A DNA stretch of 64,000 nucleotides from Gemmatimonadaceae bacterium (GTDB lineage: Bacteria > Gemmatimonadota > Gemmatimonadetes > Gemmatimonadales > Gemmatimonadaceae): the NCBI GenBank assembly GCA_045803545.1, contig JBJMOW010000002.1, forward strand, positions 64,001 through 128,000. The letters run 5' to 3'. Made by a program: the position numbers and the translations under genes. The notes under the pieces were generated by a model, which saw only the letters and a list, made by a program, of their open reading frames with translations, ran no database searches and was not told the DNA's origin. Positions 40,343 to 49,993 of the stretch are shown here, one piece after another. Position 1 is the stretch's first letter, and every line of letters begins with the position of its first letter.

Positions 40343-41178
40343 GCCTTGTTGCTCGCTACTGCTTTCCGATAGTCGGCGTCTACCGTGCGCAGCCGTGCGG
40401 TCACTACCGTCACGTTGTCGGGCGCGCCGGTGTGAAGCGCCTCTTCGATCAATGCGTTGCAGATGTCCTGCGGCTTGGCTGATCCGCGGGTGATGCGGGC
40501 GATGTCTTCGTTCGAAACCTGATTCGAGAGTCCATCGCTGCATAGCACCATTGCGTCGTCGTTCTCGAGCTTTACGCGATAGAAGTCGGTGACGACTTTC
40601 TCCTCGGGACCGAGCGCCTGCAGGATGATGTTGCGATGCTCGCTCTGTGCTGCCTCTTTCGCCGTCATGCGACCTGCATCGATCAGGCGCTGAACGAACG
40701 ACTGATCCTTGGTCAGCTGTTTGGCGCTGCCTTTCCGAATCAGGTATGCCCTGCTGTCGCCGACCTGTGCGATGAATGCTTCACCCTCGATCACCAGCGT
40801 CAGCGTCGCCGTCGTTCCCATCCCGTGATGTTCCGGCGAGGTCGTAGCTGTCTGGAAGATCTCGCGATTGGCGGCATCGATCCCGCGCTTGAGCGCGGCC
40901 TCGATCGATTCCGGATTGCGCTTGGGTACTTTACGCCACCATCGGTGCAACTCGCCGAGGATCGTTTCGGTAGCGATCGAGCTGGCCAGCGCGCCGGAAG
41001 CGGCACCGCCTACACCGTCGGCGACAATCATGATGAACGGCGCGGTGTGGACTGATATAACCGACGGCGCACTGGTGGTTGCAATGTCGCCGGTCTCGAG
41101 GTTGGCTATCAAAAAGGCATCCTGATTGTCTGCCCTGATCAGGCCGACATTCGTGGTGCCGAATATCTCTGCAATCAA
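40339..41178 (-). CDS. PP2C/PPM family Ser/Thr phosphatase
   Basis: G..R..NQD, VADGVGG, GMGTT, VGDSRAY, LCSDGL and DNVT motifs; TTG at 41178. Confidence 0.93.
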   Translation of the reverse strand: MIAEIFGTTNVGLIRADNQDAFLIANLETGDIATTSAPSVISVHTAPFIMIVADGVGGAASGALASSIATETILGELHRWWRKVPKRNPESIEAALKRGIDAANREIFQTATTSPEHHGMGTTATLTLVIEGEAFIAQVGDSRAYLIRKGSAKQLTKDQSFVQRLIDAGRMTAKEAAQSEHRNIILQALGPEEKVVTDFYRVKLENDDAMVLCSDGLSNQVSNEDIARITRGSAKPQDICNALIEEALHTGAPDNVTVVTARLRTVDADYRKAVASNKA

Positions 41179-41324
41179 TTTTGGCTCGCCAGGAGCGGGA
41201 TTTATCGACTCTCGGGAGGTTGATCCCCGAGTGCGACAAAGATAGCAACCATGTGCAAACGGGGCACTACCCATGCGTATGGCTTAGACTCGTTTTTCAC
41301 CGCTCCTGCAACCCGATTTCTGAC

Positions 41325-43013
41325 ATGAAAAGTTTGGCTTTGGGGGGTTTTTGCTGTTCCGCCCTCATGGTGGCCGCATCGTGCGCGCCGGCGCGCACAA
41401 CGCCGACGCCAGCGCCCGTGGTCGTACCGCCACTTGTTCCTGCGCCTATCCCGCCGCCAAGTGGACTCAAGCTGCCGCCCGTCCCCGATCTGCGCGGCCC
41501 GGTGAAGATCGACGTCGTATATCCCAAGGCCGATCAAATGCTCACCACGCGCGATTCGAATTTCATCTTCGGGAGCGTTGGTAGCGGTGACGCAGCACTC
41601 GTCATCAATGGTCGCGCAGTTCCCGTCTGGCCAAACGGCGCTTTCATGGGTTGGTTGCCGGTCCCATCGGACAGCGCCCCGCGTTATGAGATTTTTGCCG
41701 GCAACAAGACTGACACTGCGCACCTGACCCTGCCGGTCAAGATTCCAGCTGCTGCCGACACCGCGCGACCGCAAAACGCGGTGGGCGACACTCTCAACCC
41801 CGCGCCGCGGCCAGATTCGCTGGTGCCCACAGTTGGAAGTCTGTACGCAGCGCTCGGCAACCCGGCGTCGACGGTGAACGACACAGACCGTGTTACGATC
41901 GGAATGCCTGAGCCGCGTGAGAGTGGGCAGGTCTACAAGTGGTTTCTGTTCCCCGGAACAGCTGTCAAGGTCACGGGCTATCGAAAGCTCGGTAATTCCG
42001 AGTTCGTACGCGTCGAGCTCGACTCGGGCAATGTCGCGTGGGTGAATCGCAGTGAGCTCGGACGCGACACCGCCGTTGCGACTCCGGGGATGTTCGTTGG
42101 TGATTCCTTGCCGCCGGTCAGAAAGGTCGGCGCCGTTCGCCTTGAACCGACGGCGGACTGGATCGATGTCGTAATTCCAATGACGGGTCCGCCTCCACCA
42201 TACCTCGTTGAAGAAACCGATCGCTCGATCTCGCTTCTCGTCTACGGAGTCACGAATCCTCCCGTCGTTTCACAGATGGCGGAGCCCGCTGATCCCTACT
42301 TCAACAGCATCAGCAGCGCGACTCCTGAGGGCAGTGCTGTTCGTTACACCATCAATTTGAATCGCGCTCCCTACGGCTATCTCGCTCTGTGGCAGAATGG
42401 AGCTCTGACCTTTCGGGTGCGGCGTCCACCGCGTATCGCCGACGCTGCGAATCCGCTGCGTGGTCTCACGATTACCGTCGATCCCGGGCACCCTCCGGGC
42501 GGTGAGACTGGTCCTACTCGACTCTATGAAGCGGACGCCACTCTCCAGGTCGCGTTCCGGCTGCGGGACCTACTGGTTCAGCGCGGGGGGAACGTCGTAA
42601 TGACTCGCACGACGCCCGATCCCGTAGACCTCGGCCTGCGACCGATCATAAGTCGACGCGCCAACGCACATGCGTTCGTCTCCATTCATCTCAACGCCGA
42701 GCCAGACGGCGTCAACCCGTTTGTCACCAACGGGTCGATGACGCTTTATTTCTGGCCCCACTCGGTTCCGCTGGCCACGCCGACACAGGCAGCCTTGCTG
42801 TCCGAGCTCGGGTTGCACGACAAAGGAGTGCAATTCCAGAACATTGCGGTAGCGCGCGGCACATGGATGCCATCGATTCTCACCGAAGGTGCTTACGGAA
42901 TCATGCCCGACCAGGAAGCGGCGATGAGAACGCCGACCTTCCAGGACGCGTACGCCACTGCAATCCTGCACGGACTAGAGAGTTACTTCGCTTCACTCGC
43001 ACAAAAGCCGTGA
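41325..43013 (+). CDS. N-acetylmuramoyl-L-alanine amidase (Amidase_3), probable lipoprotein
   Basis: Lipobox-like AASC; C-terminal VDPGH...YE, VMTR, FVSIHLNA and PSILTE motifs. Confidence 0.88.
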   Translation: MKSLALGGFCCSALMVAASCAPARTTPTPAPVVVPPLVPAPIPPPSGLKLPPVPDLRGPVKIDVVYPKADQMLTTRDSNFIFGSVGSGDAALVINGRAVPVWPNGAFMGWLPVPSDSAPRYEIFAGNKTDTAHLTLPVKIPAAADTARPQNAVGDTLNPAPRPDSLVPTVGSLYAALGNPASTVNDTDRVTIGMPEPRESGQVYKWFLFPGTAVKVTGYRKLGNSEFVRVELDSGNVAWVNRSELGRDTAVATPGMFVGDSLPPVRKVGAVRLEPTADWIDVVIPMTGPPPPYLVEETDRSISLLVYGVTNPPVVSQMAEPADPYFNSISSATPEGSAVRYTINLNRAPYGYLALWQNGALTFRVRRPPRIADAANPLRGLTITVDPGHPPGGETGPTRLYEADATLQVAFRLRDLLVQRGGNVVMTRTTPDPVDLGLRPIISRRANAHAFVSIHLNAEPDGVNPFVTNGSMTLYFWPHSVPLATPTQAALLSELGLHDKGVQFQNIAVARGTWMPSILTEGAYGIMPDQEAAMRTPTFQDAYATAILHGLESYFASLAQKP

Positions 43014-45952
43014 GATTCTTCCTGCTCGTCGCCGTGCTATCACTCGGCGCGGCACGGGCAAGCTCCGCCCAGCTGGCTCCCAACGCCGACTGGCACACGC
43101 TCCACACCAGACATTTCCGCGTTCACTTCGCACCGGCACTGGAGCAGGAAGCTCGGCGCGCTGCCGTGAACGCCGAGCGCGCTTACGCTCAACTGTCGAC
43201 GGAGCTCGTGCCTCCCCGCGGGACGATCGACCTCGTCATCTCCGACGACGTGGATTACGTGAATGGATACGCCACGCCTTACCCGACGAATCGAATCGTC
43301 GTCTACGCGCATCCGCCGACTGATGCGTCAGGGTTGCGCGATTACCAGGATTGGAACGCGCTGGTGGTGACTCACGAGCTCACCCACATCTTTCACCTCG
43401 ATCGCAGCCGCGGCATCTGGCGAATCGGCCAGGCCATCTTCGGGCGGAATCCGCTGCTGTTCCCGAACCTTTACGAGCCGAGATGGGTGCTCGAAGGACT
43501 CGCGGTTTACTACGAGTCACGATTGACCGGTGTCGGGAGACTCGAGAGCGCGGAGCACCTGATGACGGCGCGCGCGGCCGCGCTGGCGAACCGCATCCCA
43601 CAATTGCAGGAGTTGTCGCCCGGTACGTCGCGATTTCCCGGCGGCGAAGTCATCTACGTCTACGGCTCGCTGCTGTTCGATTACCTGTCGCGCACCCGCG
43701 GACCTCAGAGCGTTCGTGATTTCGTGGAGATTGGCGCCAAGACGCCGATTCCGTTCATTCTCACTGTGACTTCGCGCAAGGCATTCGGCATGTCGTTCCA
43801 GACAGCGTGGGAGCGGTGGCGCGATTCATTGATGCGCGAAACACGTCAGCCGCACGAAGTCATGCCGGGATGGCGTCAGCTAACCAACGCCGGATATGTG
43901 GCGCTCTTTCCGCGCTGGCTCGGGGACACTACGCTCATTTACGCTGCCGACAAAGCGCGGGAGACGCCCGGCGCCTATCGCGTTGCGCTCGCCGGTCGCG
44001 AGACGCGGCTGGGACGGCGCAACGGATCCAGTCCGAACGTGCCGATGCCGGATGGCAGCGTTCTGTTCTCGCAGCCCGATTTCACCGGCCCGTACAACAT
44101 CCGCAACGATTTGTTCGTCGAGCGGAATGGAAAACAGATCCGACTGACGAAGGGCGCCAGGCTGACGACTCCTGATGTCAGGGCTGACGGAGAGATCGTC
44201 GCAGTGCAGGACGAGCCCGCGACGACGAGAATCGTTCGCGTATCGCCTGACGGAAAACGCGTTACGCCGATTACCACGACCACTCTCGACGTGCAGTGGT
44301 CGGATCCGCGTTGGTCGCCGGATGGATCACGCATCGTCGCGGTGCGACAAAGTCGCGGACGATCGGAGATCGTCATTCTTGATTCGGCTGGGAAGGTCAT
44401 CGACTCGTTCGGAGCTACGCGCGCTATCAATTCCAGTCCAAGCTGGTCGCCCGACGGCCGCCGAATCTATTTCTCATCGGAACGAACTGGCGCCCCGCAG
44501 ATCTTTGTAGCTGATGTCACGAGTTTTGGCCCGACCGTTTTTCGCATCAGTGATGCGGCAACCGGTTTGTTCGCTCCCGAGGCTGCGCCCGACCAGAGCG
44601 AGCTGGCAACGCTCTTGTTCAAGGCTGACGGCTACCATCTCGGTGTTGCGCCCTTGCGTGGCGTAACCCGCTACGCCATCGCCGACAGCACGCGCATCAG
44701 TCCACGCGCCGGGTGCGTGAACTGCCTTGACACCGTTCCCGGCCTGACGCCCCTCGGCGTCGCTGACCTGTCGAAGGCGACCAGGTACTCGGCATTTCCC
44801 TCTGTCCTGCCACGCTATTGGCTTCCCGTTTTCGCGAGCTCGACCCAGGACGGCTTCACCTACGGTCTGCAAACCAGCGGAACCGATGTCGTCGGAAGAC
44901 ACGGGTACACCGTCGACATCGAGCACAACAACCGCTTCGGCCAAAACTCCGCGTTTCTTTCGTATCGCTACGCGGGCTTTGGCTTACCGCTGCTCGACGT
45001 GTTCGCGTCGCAGAGTTACTCGAACGGTTCACTGTTCGCCGACGTCAACGGCGCAACCGTAAACGTGGGGGATCTGCTCGAGCTGGACCGCTATGCGGCG
45101 CTGGAAGCGACGTTCGTTCGACCGCGGTTCCGCACCTATTCACTCGGGTCGGTCGGCGCAGAGATCGAGCGCATCGGTTACTCGACGTCCCCCGACACGC
45201 TCTTTCCGCATCTGAACGAGTTCTATCAGATGACGCGTACCTTCCCAGGAATAATCGCTTCAGCGGGCTGGTCCAACGCACAGCGCCCGGCGCTCAGTAT
45301 CTCGCCCGAGGATGGAATCAGCGCCAGCATCAGCGGGCGACAGCGTTGGCGCTCGGGTACGTCGGGCGCGTCAACGCGGAGCGTCGTTGCCGTTACGTCA
45401 CTGTACAAATCGCTCGACCTGCCAGGGCCGGCGCATCACGTGATCGCATTGCGTGGGGCCGGCGGAATCACCGACGAGCAAAGTCCCAACCTTTTCTCTG
45501 CCGGCGGGCTGTCCGGCACAACCCTGGAGATCTTTCCGGGCTATGTGCTGGGCCAGCAGCGTCGCACCTTCGGCGTTCGCGGTTATCCGCCCAGCGCGGA
45601 GAGCGGAATTCGAGCGTACTCCGCGACCGCTGAATATCGAGCCCCGCTATTCACTCCGTCCCGCGGCTTCCGGTTCATTCCGGTATTCATCGACCGCGGC
45701 TCGCTTACTTTTTTTGGAGAAACCGGCCGGGCGTACTGTCCGGGTTCCGTCGGCGGTAACACTGTGTGCCGAACGATCGACATCGGGAATCCAGCAATGA
45801 CGTCAGTCGGCGCTGAGTTGAATTTCGACACCGGGTTGCAGCTCGATGTTCAGGCGCGGATGCGCTTTGGTTTAGCCTTCCCGCTCGCGAATCGAGAGGA
45901 GTTCGGCGCTGCTCGCGCACAAGCCTACGTCACCTTCGGCTCCTCGTTCTAA
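43010..45952 (+). CDS. Omp85/BamA-superfamily outer membrane protein with N-terminal zinc-peptidase-like and TolB-like propeller domains
   Basis: Signal peptide; THELTH...WVLEGLAVY (gluzincin); PxWSPDG repeats; VRGY motif; C-terminal YVTFGSSF beta-signal. Confidence 0.75.
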   Translation: MRFFLLVAVLSLGAARASSAQLAPNADWHTLHTRHFRVHFAPALEQEARRAAVNAERAYAQLSTELVPPRGTIDLVISDDVDYVNGYATPYPTNRIVVYAHPPTDASGLRDYQDWNALVVTHELTHIFHLDRSRGIWRIGQAIFGRNPLLFPNLYEPRWVLEGLAVYYESRLTGVGRLESAEHLMTARAAALANRIPQLQELSPGTSRFPGGEVIYVYGSLLFDYLSRTRGPQSVRDFVEIGAKTPIPFILTVTSRKAFGMSFQTAWERWRDSLMRETRQPHEVMPGWRQLTNAGYVALFPRWLGDTTLIYAADKARETPGAYRVALAGRETRLGRRNGSSPNVPMPDGSVLFSQPDFTGPYNIRNDLFVERNGKQIRLTKGARLTTPDVRADGEIVAVQDEPATTRIVRVSPDGKRVTPITTTTLDVQWSDPRWSPDGSRIVAVRQSRGRSEIVILDSAGKVIDSFGATRAINSSPSWSPDGRRIYFSSERTGAPQIFVADVTSFGPTVFRISDAATGLFAPEAAPDQSELATLLFKADGYHLGVAPLRGVTRYAIADSTRISPRAGCVNCLDTVPGLTPLGVADLSKATRYSAFPSVLPRYWLPVFASSTQDGFTYGLQTSGTDVVGRHGYTVDIEHNNRFGQNSAFLSYRYAGFGLPLLDVFASQSYSNGSLFADVNGATVNVGDLLELDRYAALEATFVRPRFRTYSLGSVGAEIERIGYSTSPDTLFPHLNEFYQMTRTFPGIIASAGWSNAQRPALSISPEDGISASISGRQRWRSGTSGASTRSVVAVTSLYKSLDLPGPAHHVIALRGAGGITDEQSPNLFSAGGLSGTTLEIFPGYVLGQQRRTFGVRGYPPSAESGIRAYSATAEYRAPLFTPSRGFRFIPVFIDRGSLTFFGETGRAYCPGSVGGNTVCRTIDIGNPAMTSVGAELNFDTGLQLDVQARMRFGLAFPLANREEFGAARAQAYVTFGSSF

Positions 45953-46392
45953 GGCGTCGTGATTCCAGGCAAAGAGACCTCTTTTGTCGCGGGCTCGCGG
46001 GCCTCGCTGCGCGCGACGGTGGCTGGTCCAGCAAAGACTCGCACGCTTCTCGTAATGAGCGACGCAGCGACCTAAGAGTATGCCCGTGGTGTATTTATAA
46101 GAGGCTCGGCGGTTTTGGGACCGTGGCGAAGACCGGTCTGCGATATGCAGTTTTCTTCTTTCGCGCAAGCTCGGCAGCGTAAGGTGGAAAAACTGAAGGC
46201 TCCCCGCGGTTCGTGATGTGGATTCCGTTAAGTCGTTGTCGAATAAGCGAGTAGGGTCAGACTGGCGCGGAATCACGAATCCAAATAGGTTGCCAACCCG
46301 CGTCGAATCGACCCGCGCGGAGGCGTTTTTTCGCCGAGTTCATCGTCCACTTATTGACTACCTTTTCTTCAAGCGTCGGAGAGCTGCAAATA

Positions 46393-48882
46393 ATGCCCAT
46401 TCCCGCCACACCGCCCGCAGGCGAAGCCCAGCTGAGTGACAATGCGCGCACCGTGATCAGCAAGCGATATCTGATCAAGGATGCGGCGGGCACGCCTACG
46501 GAAAAGCCAGAGAACATGTTCTGGCGTGTGGCGTCCACCGTCGCCGAAGCCGACCGCAGGTATGGGTCGTCCGACGCGGAAGTGACGGACACGGCGACTG
46601 ATTTCTACAATCTGATGACCGAGCGGCGGTTCGAGCCGAACTCGCCGACGCTCATGAACGCCGGCCGTCCACTGGGCCAGCTCTCTGCCTGCTTTGTGTT
46701 GCCGGTCGAGGACGCGCTCTCGAACGGGCGCGACGGCATCTACGACACCCTCCGCGCCATGGCGTTGATCCACCAGTCTGGCGGTGGGACTGGTTTTGCC
46801 TTCTCGAAGCTGCGCGGTCAGGGTTCGATGGTAAGATCCACCACCGGCGTTGCATCAGGACCGGTCTCGTTCATGAAGCTCTACGACGCTTCGACCGATG
46901 CCGTGAAGCAGGGTGGAACTCGTCGGGGCGCCAACATGGGCATTCTGCGCGTCGATCACCCCGACATTCTGGATTTCATCACCTGCAAGGAAGATCTGAC
47001 TCAGGTTACGAACTTCAACATTTCTGTCGGCGTCACCGACAAGTTCATGAAGGCGGTGAAGGCAGGTACCAGCTACGATCTGATCGACCCGAGCACCGGC
47101 AAGGCGTCCGGTCAGCTCGATGCCCGCACGGTCTGGGACAAGATGATCGACGGAGCCTGGAGAACAGGCGAACCCGGCTGCTTCTTCATCGATGAAGCCA
47201 ACCGCTTCAATCCAGTTCCCCACGTCGGTCAGTACGAGGCAACCAATCCGTGTGGCGAGCAGCCGCTGCTGCCGTACGATGTCTGCAACCTCGGCTCGAT
47301 CAACGTCGGTGTTTATGTGAAGGACGGCGAGATGGATTGGGAAGCGCTGAAGCGCGACATCCATCTCTCGACGCACTTCCTCGATAACATCATCGACGTC
47401 AACAAGTATCCGCTGCCCGAGATCGATGCGCTCTCGAAGAGAATTCGTCGCATTGGTTTTGGCGTGATGGGATTCGCCGACGCGCTGGTGCGCCTGGGCA
47501 TTGCTTACAACAGCGTCGAGGGCGTCGAGTTCGGTCGCAGACTGCAGAAATTCGTCGATGTCGAGTCGAAGCGCGAAAGCGAGAGACTGGCGAACGAGCG
47601 CGGACCGTTCCCTGAGTGGGCGCGATCGATCTGGGGCCCGGACGAGACCTGCGCGAGAGATGCGAAGGGCAATCGGGTTCGTCCGATGCAGATGCTGCGT
47701 AACTGCAACGTCAACACGATCGCTCCGACCGGTACCATCTCGATTATCGCTGGCTGCTCATCGGGCATCGAGCCGCTTTTTGCGATTGCGTTCATGCGCA
47801 ATCAGGCCGGCGTGATGATGCCTGATATCAATGAGGACTTCGTCGCGATTGCCAGGAAGGAAGGCTGGTACTCCGACGAGCTGATGGAAAAGATCGCGAA
47901 CCAGGGTCACATCCACTTCGACGAAGTGCCTGAGCACTGGCAGCGCGTCTTTGTCACCGCGCACGACATCACCCCCGAGTGGCACGTGCGTATGCAGGCT
48001 GCCTTCCAGGAGCATTGCGACTCGGCGATCTCTAAGACGACGAATTTCCCGCACGCGGCTAGTCCTGAAGACGTGCGCGAGATTTACGAGCTCGCCTACG
48101 CGCTCAAGTGCAAAGGCGTGACGGTGTATCGCGATGGTTCGCGCGACAACCAGGTTCTGTCGACTGGTGCGACCGAAACCGCGAAAGCGGACCGCGAAGG
48201 CCGCACCGAGCGCGCTGACGCACACGGCACAATCGCCGAGCTCGAGGCAGAAGTCACCCGTCTCAAGGAAGCTTTGTTCGACGCGGAAGCAGAGAATCTG
48301 CAGCGTCGCGCCAAGCGCTCACGCCCCGACACCTTGCGTGGCATCACGACGCGCATCGAGACCCCGCTGGGCACGATGTTCCTCAACATCACGGAGGACG
48401 ATCGCGGCCAGCCATTCGAGGTATTCATCAATCTCGGGAAGGCCGGCGGCGCAGCGATGGCGGACGCCGAAGCAATTGGTCGCCTCATTTCGCTCGCGCT
48501 GCGATCAGGTATTCCGATCCGCGAAGTCCATCGTCAGCTGCGCGGCATCGCTTCCGACAAGGCAATCGGGCTGGGGCCCAACAAGGTGCTCTCCGTCCCG
48601 GACGCCATCGGCATCGCGCTGGAGAAATGGATGCGCGAGAAGCAGGGCGTCCAGCAGGATTTGCTCGCCGCACCCCCGATCTCGCCCTCGCCGGTCGAGA
48701 TAGTACAGCCGAAGCCAACTCCGATGGTGAATTCGGGCGAGGGCACGCAGGCGCAATTCGGATTCGACGCCGTGAATCGCAGCGAATCGTTTATCGGCAC
48801 CTGCCCGGACTGCGGCTCGTCTCTCGAGTTCGCCGAAGGCTGCGCGAAGTGCCACGTGTGCGGGTTTTCGGAGTGCGGATAA
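46393..48882 (+). CDS. nrdJ: Class II (B12-dependent) ribonucleotide reductase with TSCPD domain and C-terminal zinc ribbon
   Basis: PNSPTLMNAG, QLSACF, GGTRRGANM, TNPCGEQ, TIAPTGT, GVTVYRDGSR and CPDCG...C.KC..CGFSEC motifs; ATG at 46393. Confidence 0.95.
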   Translation: MPIPATPPAGEAQLSDNARTVISKRYLIKDAAGTPTEKPENMFWRVASTVAEADRRYGSSDAEVTDTATDFYNLMTERRFEPNSPTLMNAGRPLGQLSACFVLPVEDALSNGRDGIYDTLRAMALIHQSGGGTGFAFSKLRGQGSMVRSTTGVASGPVSFMKLYDASTDAVKQGGTRRGANMGILRVDHPDILDFITCKEDLTQVTNFNISVGVTDKFMKAVKAGTSYDLIDPSTGKASGQLDARTVWDKMIDGAWRTGEPGCFFIDEANRFNPVPHVGQYEATNPCGEQPLLPYDVCNLGSINVGVYVKDGEMDWEALKRDIHLSTHFLDNIIDVNKYPLPEIDALSKRIRRIGFGVMGFADALVRLGIAYNSVEGVEFGRRLQKFVDVESKRESERLANERGPFPEWARSIWGPDETCARDAKGNRVRPMQMLRNCNVNTIAPTGTISIIAGCSSGIEPLFAIAFMRNQAGVMMPDINEDFVAIARKEGWYSDELMEKIANQGHIHFDEVPEHWQRVFVTAHDITPEWHVRMQAAFQEHCDSAISKTTNFPHAASPEDVREIYELAYALKCKGVTVYRDGSRDNQVLSTGATETAKADREGRTERADAHGTIAELEAEVTRLKEALFDAEAENLQRRAKRSRPDTLRGITTRIETPLGTMFLNITEDDRGQPFEVFINLGKAGGAAMADAEAIGRLISLALRSGIPIREVHRQLRGIASDKAIGLGPNKVLSVPDAIGIALEKWMREKQGVQQDLLAAPPISPSPVEIVQPKPTPMVNSGEGTQAQFGFDAVNRSESFIGTCPDCGSSLEFAEGCAKCHVCGFSECG

Positions 48883-48906
48883 GACTGCCGGCTTAAAAGC
48901 GAACTA

Positions 48907-49072
48907 CCTCGCTGGTAGCTGATGGCAGCACGCTAATAGCTGATCGCTGCCGGCAACGGGACAGATGGCGACCGTCCTGAGGAAAACCGTGTCGTTGATG
49001 GAATCGGACGGAGTCTGTCCAGTCGCTTGCAGCGAACAGCCAACAGCTAGCTGCTATAAGCTACTAGCGAGG
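48907..49072. repeat. Long palindrome with 6+6 inverted GCTGNNN heptamers
   Basis: Left gctggta gctgatg gcagcac gctaata gctgatc gctgccg; right ttgcagc gaacagc caacagc tagctgc tataagc tactagc; inner ggacaga / tctgtcc and ccgtcc / ggacgg. Confidence 0.8.
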
Positions 49073-49104
49073 CCGTTGGCAGTTCGGTTCGCAGTCCTAA
49101 TCTG

Positions 49105-49647
49105 CTACCTCACTCCGCCGAACCACCGGAGCCGCTTCATCCCCTTACTAACAAGGTCCTCCGGCCCCAGGCTGCGTCCGCGCTTCCAGTAGAAGTCCAT
49201 CTCGTCATTAACCGCAGCCAATGCGAACCTGGACTCTTTGATCAGAAGAAAGGCGACGTAAAGTAGAAGGGCAGCGCCGATGAGGCCGAGCGCGATTGGC
49301 ACCGGGGTGAAGGCGGAGCTGAAGACAGCAACCAGTCCAATGCTAACGCTCGTCCCGATGAAGAAAGCGAGCGCGCCGTACAGGCGCGATAACGCCCGCT
49401 GAAGCAATCTCGAACGCGTGGTCACGTAGTCCAGCTGTATGAACAGCATACGCCGTTCTTCTTCGATCTCGGCCGTCTGCTCGACACTTGCCATCGGCGC
49501 CAATAGAGCCGCTATGTCGCGGGTTCGCTCAACGGCTCGGTTCAATCGATCGGAAGTGGCAAGAATCAGCGATCCGCAGGCCGAGATGAGGACGGCGGGG
49601 GTGATCATCGCCGACAGCACGGAGATCGCGTTGGCGAAGTTGGTCAT
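49105..49647 (-). CDS. DUF2721 family membrane protein
   Basis: AMITPAVLISACGSLI..T..RL.R.V.R.R pattern with three hydrophobic helices. Confidence 0.75.
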   Translation of the reverse strand: MTNFANAISVLSAMITPAVLISACGSLILATSDRLNRAVERTRDIAALLAPMASVEQTAEIEEERRMLFIQLDYVTTRSRLLQRALSRLYGALAFFIGTSVSIGLVAVFSSAFTPVPIALGLIGAALLLYVAFLLIKESRFALAAVNDEMDFYWKRGRSLGPEDLVSKGMKRLRWFGGVR

Positions 49648-49766
49648 CGAGTTGAAGTCGATTTCAGCACCTCAATGGCGGCCCGAGTCGCCAGAAACTT
49701 ACTCAGCCTTGCGCGAAAATGACCCAGTGACAGCTTTCTATGACCATTACCACAACGCACAAATCA

Positions 49767-49958
49767 ATGGACAACAAAAAGCTTCTCGCTCTAGCCAAAA
49801 AGAACGCCGCCAAGAGCGGCTCCAACTCGAAGGTGCCCAAGGGATTCGGGAAGAAATACGACAAGAATCTCTCCGATCTTCCTACCGACGCCGACACGTT
49901 GAAAGAGCGGCAGGAACACGAGCGTTTTTTCAAGGAGATGCGGAAGCGGGACTTCTAA
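49767..49958 (+). CDS. Small Lys-rich hypothetical protein (63 aa)
   Basis: MDNKKLLALAKKNAAK...FFKEMRKRDF fills the gap between divergent genes with coding-like codon usage. Confidence 0.55.
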   Translation: MDNKKLLALAKKNAAKSGSNSKVPKGFGKKYDKNLSDLPTDADTLKERQEHERFFKEMRKRDF

Positions 49959-49993
49959 CCAGAGTTTCACCCCAAAAGAAAGGAGCCAAAGTC

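Noticed and set aside
45953..46392. Cobalamin riboswitch or NrdR boxes in the long leader of nrdJ
   Set aside because: Only fragments resemble the riboswitch (ccccgc, gtcaga); the ACTGT and B12-box cores are missing, and no NrdR palindrome matches. A cmscan would be needed.
46393..48882. Intein or intron in nrdJ
   Set aside because: The catalytic motifs are contiguous, and no splice-junction or homing-endonuclease motifs were seen.
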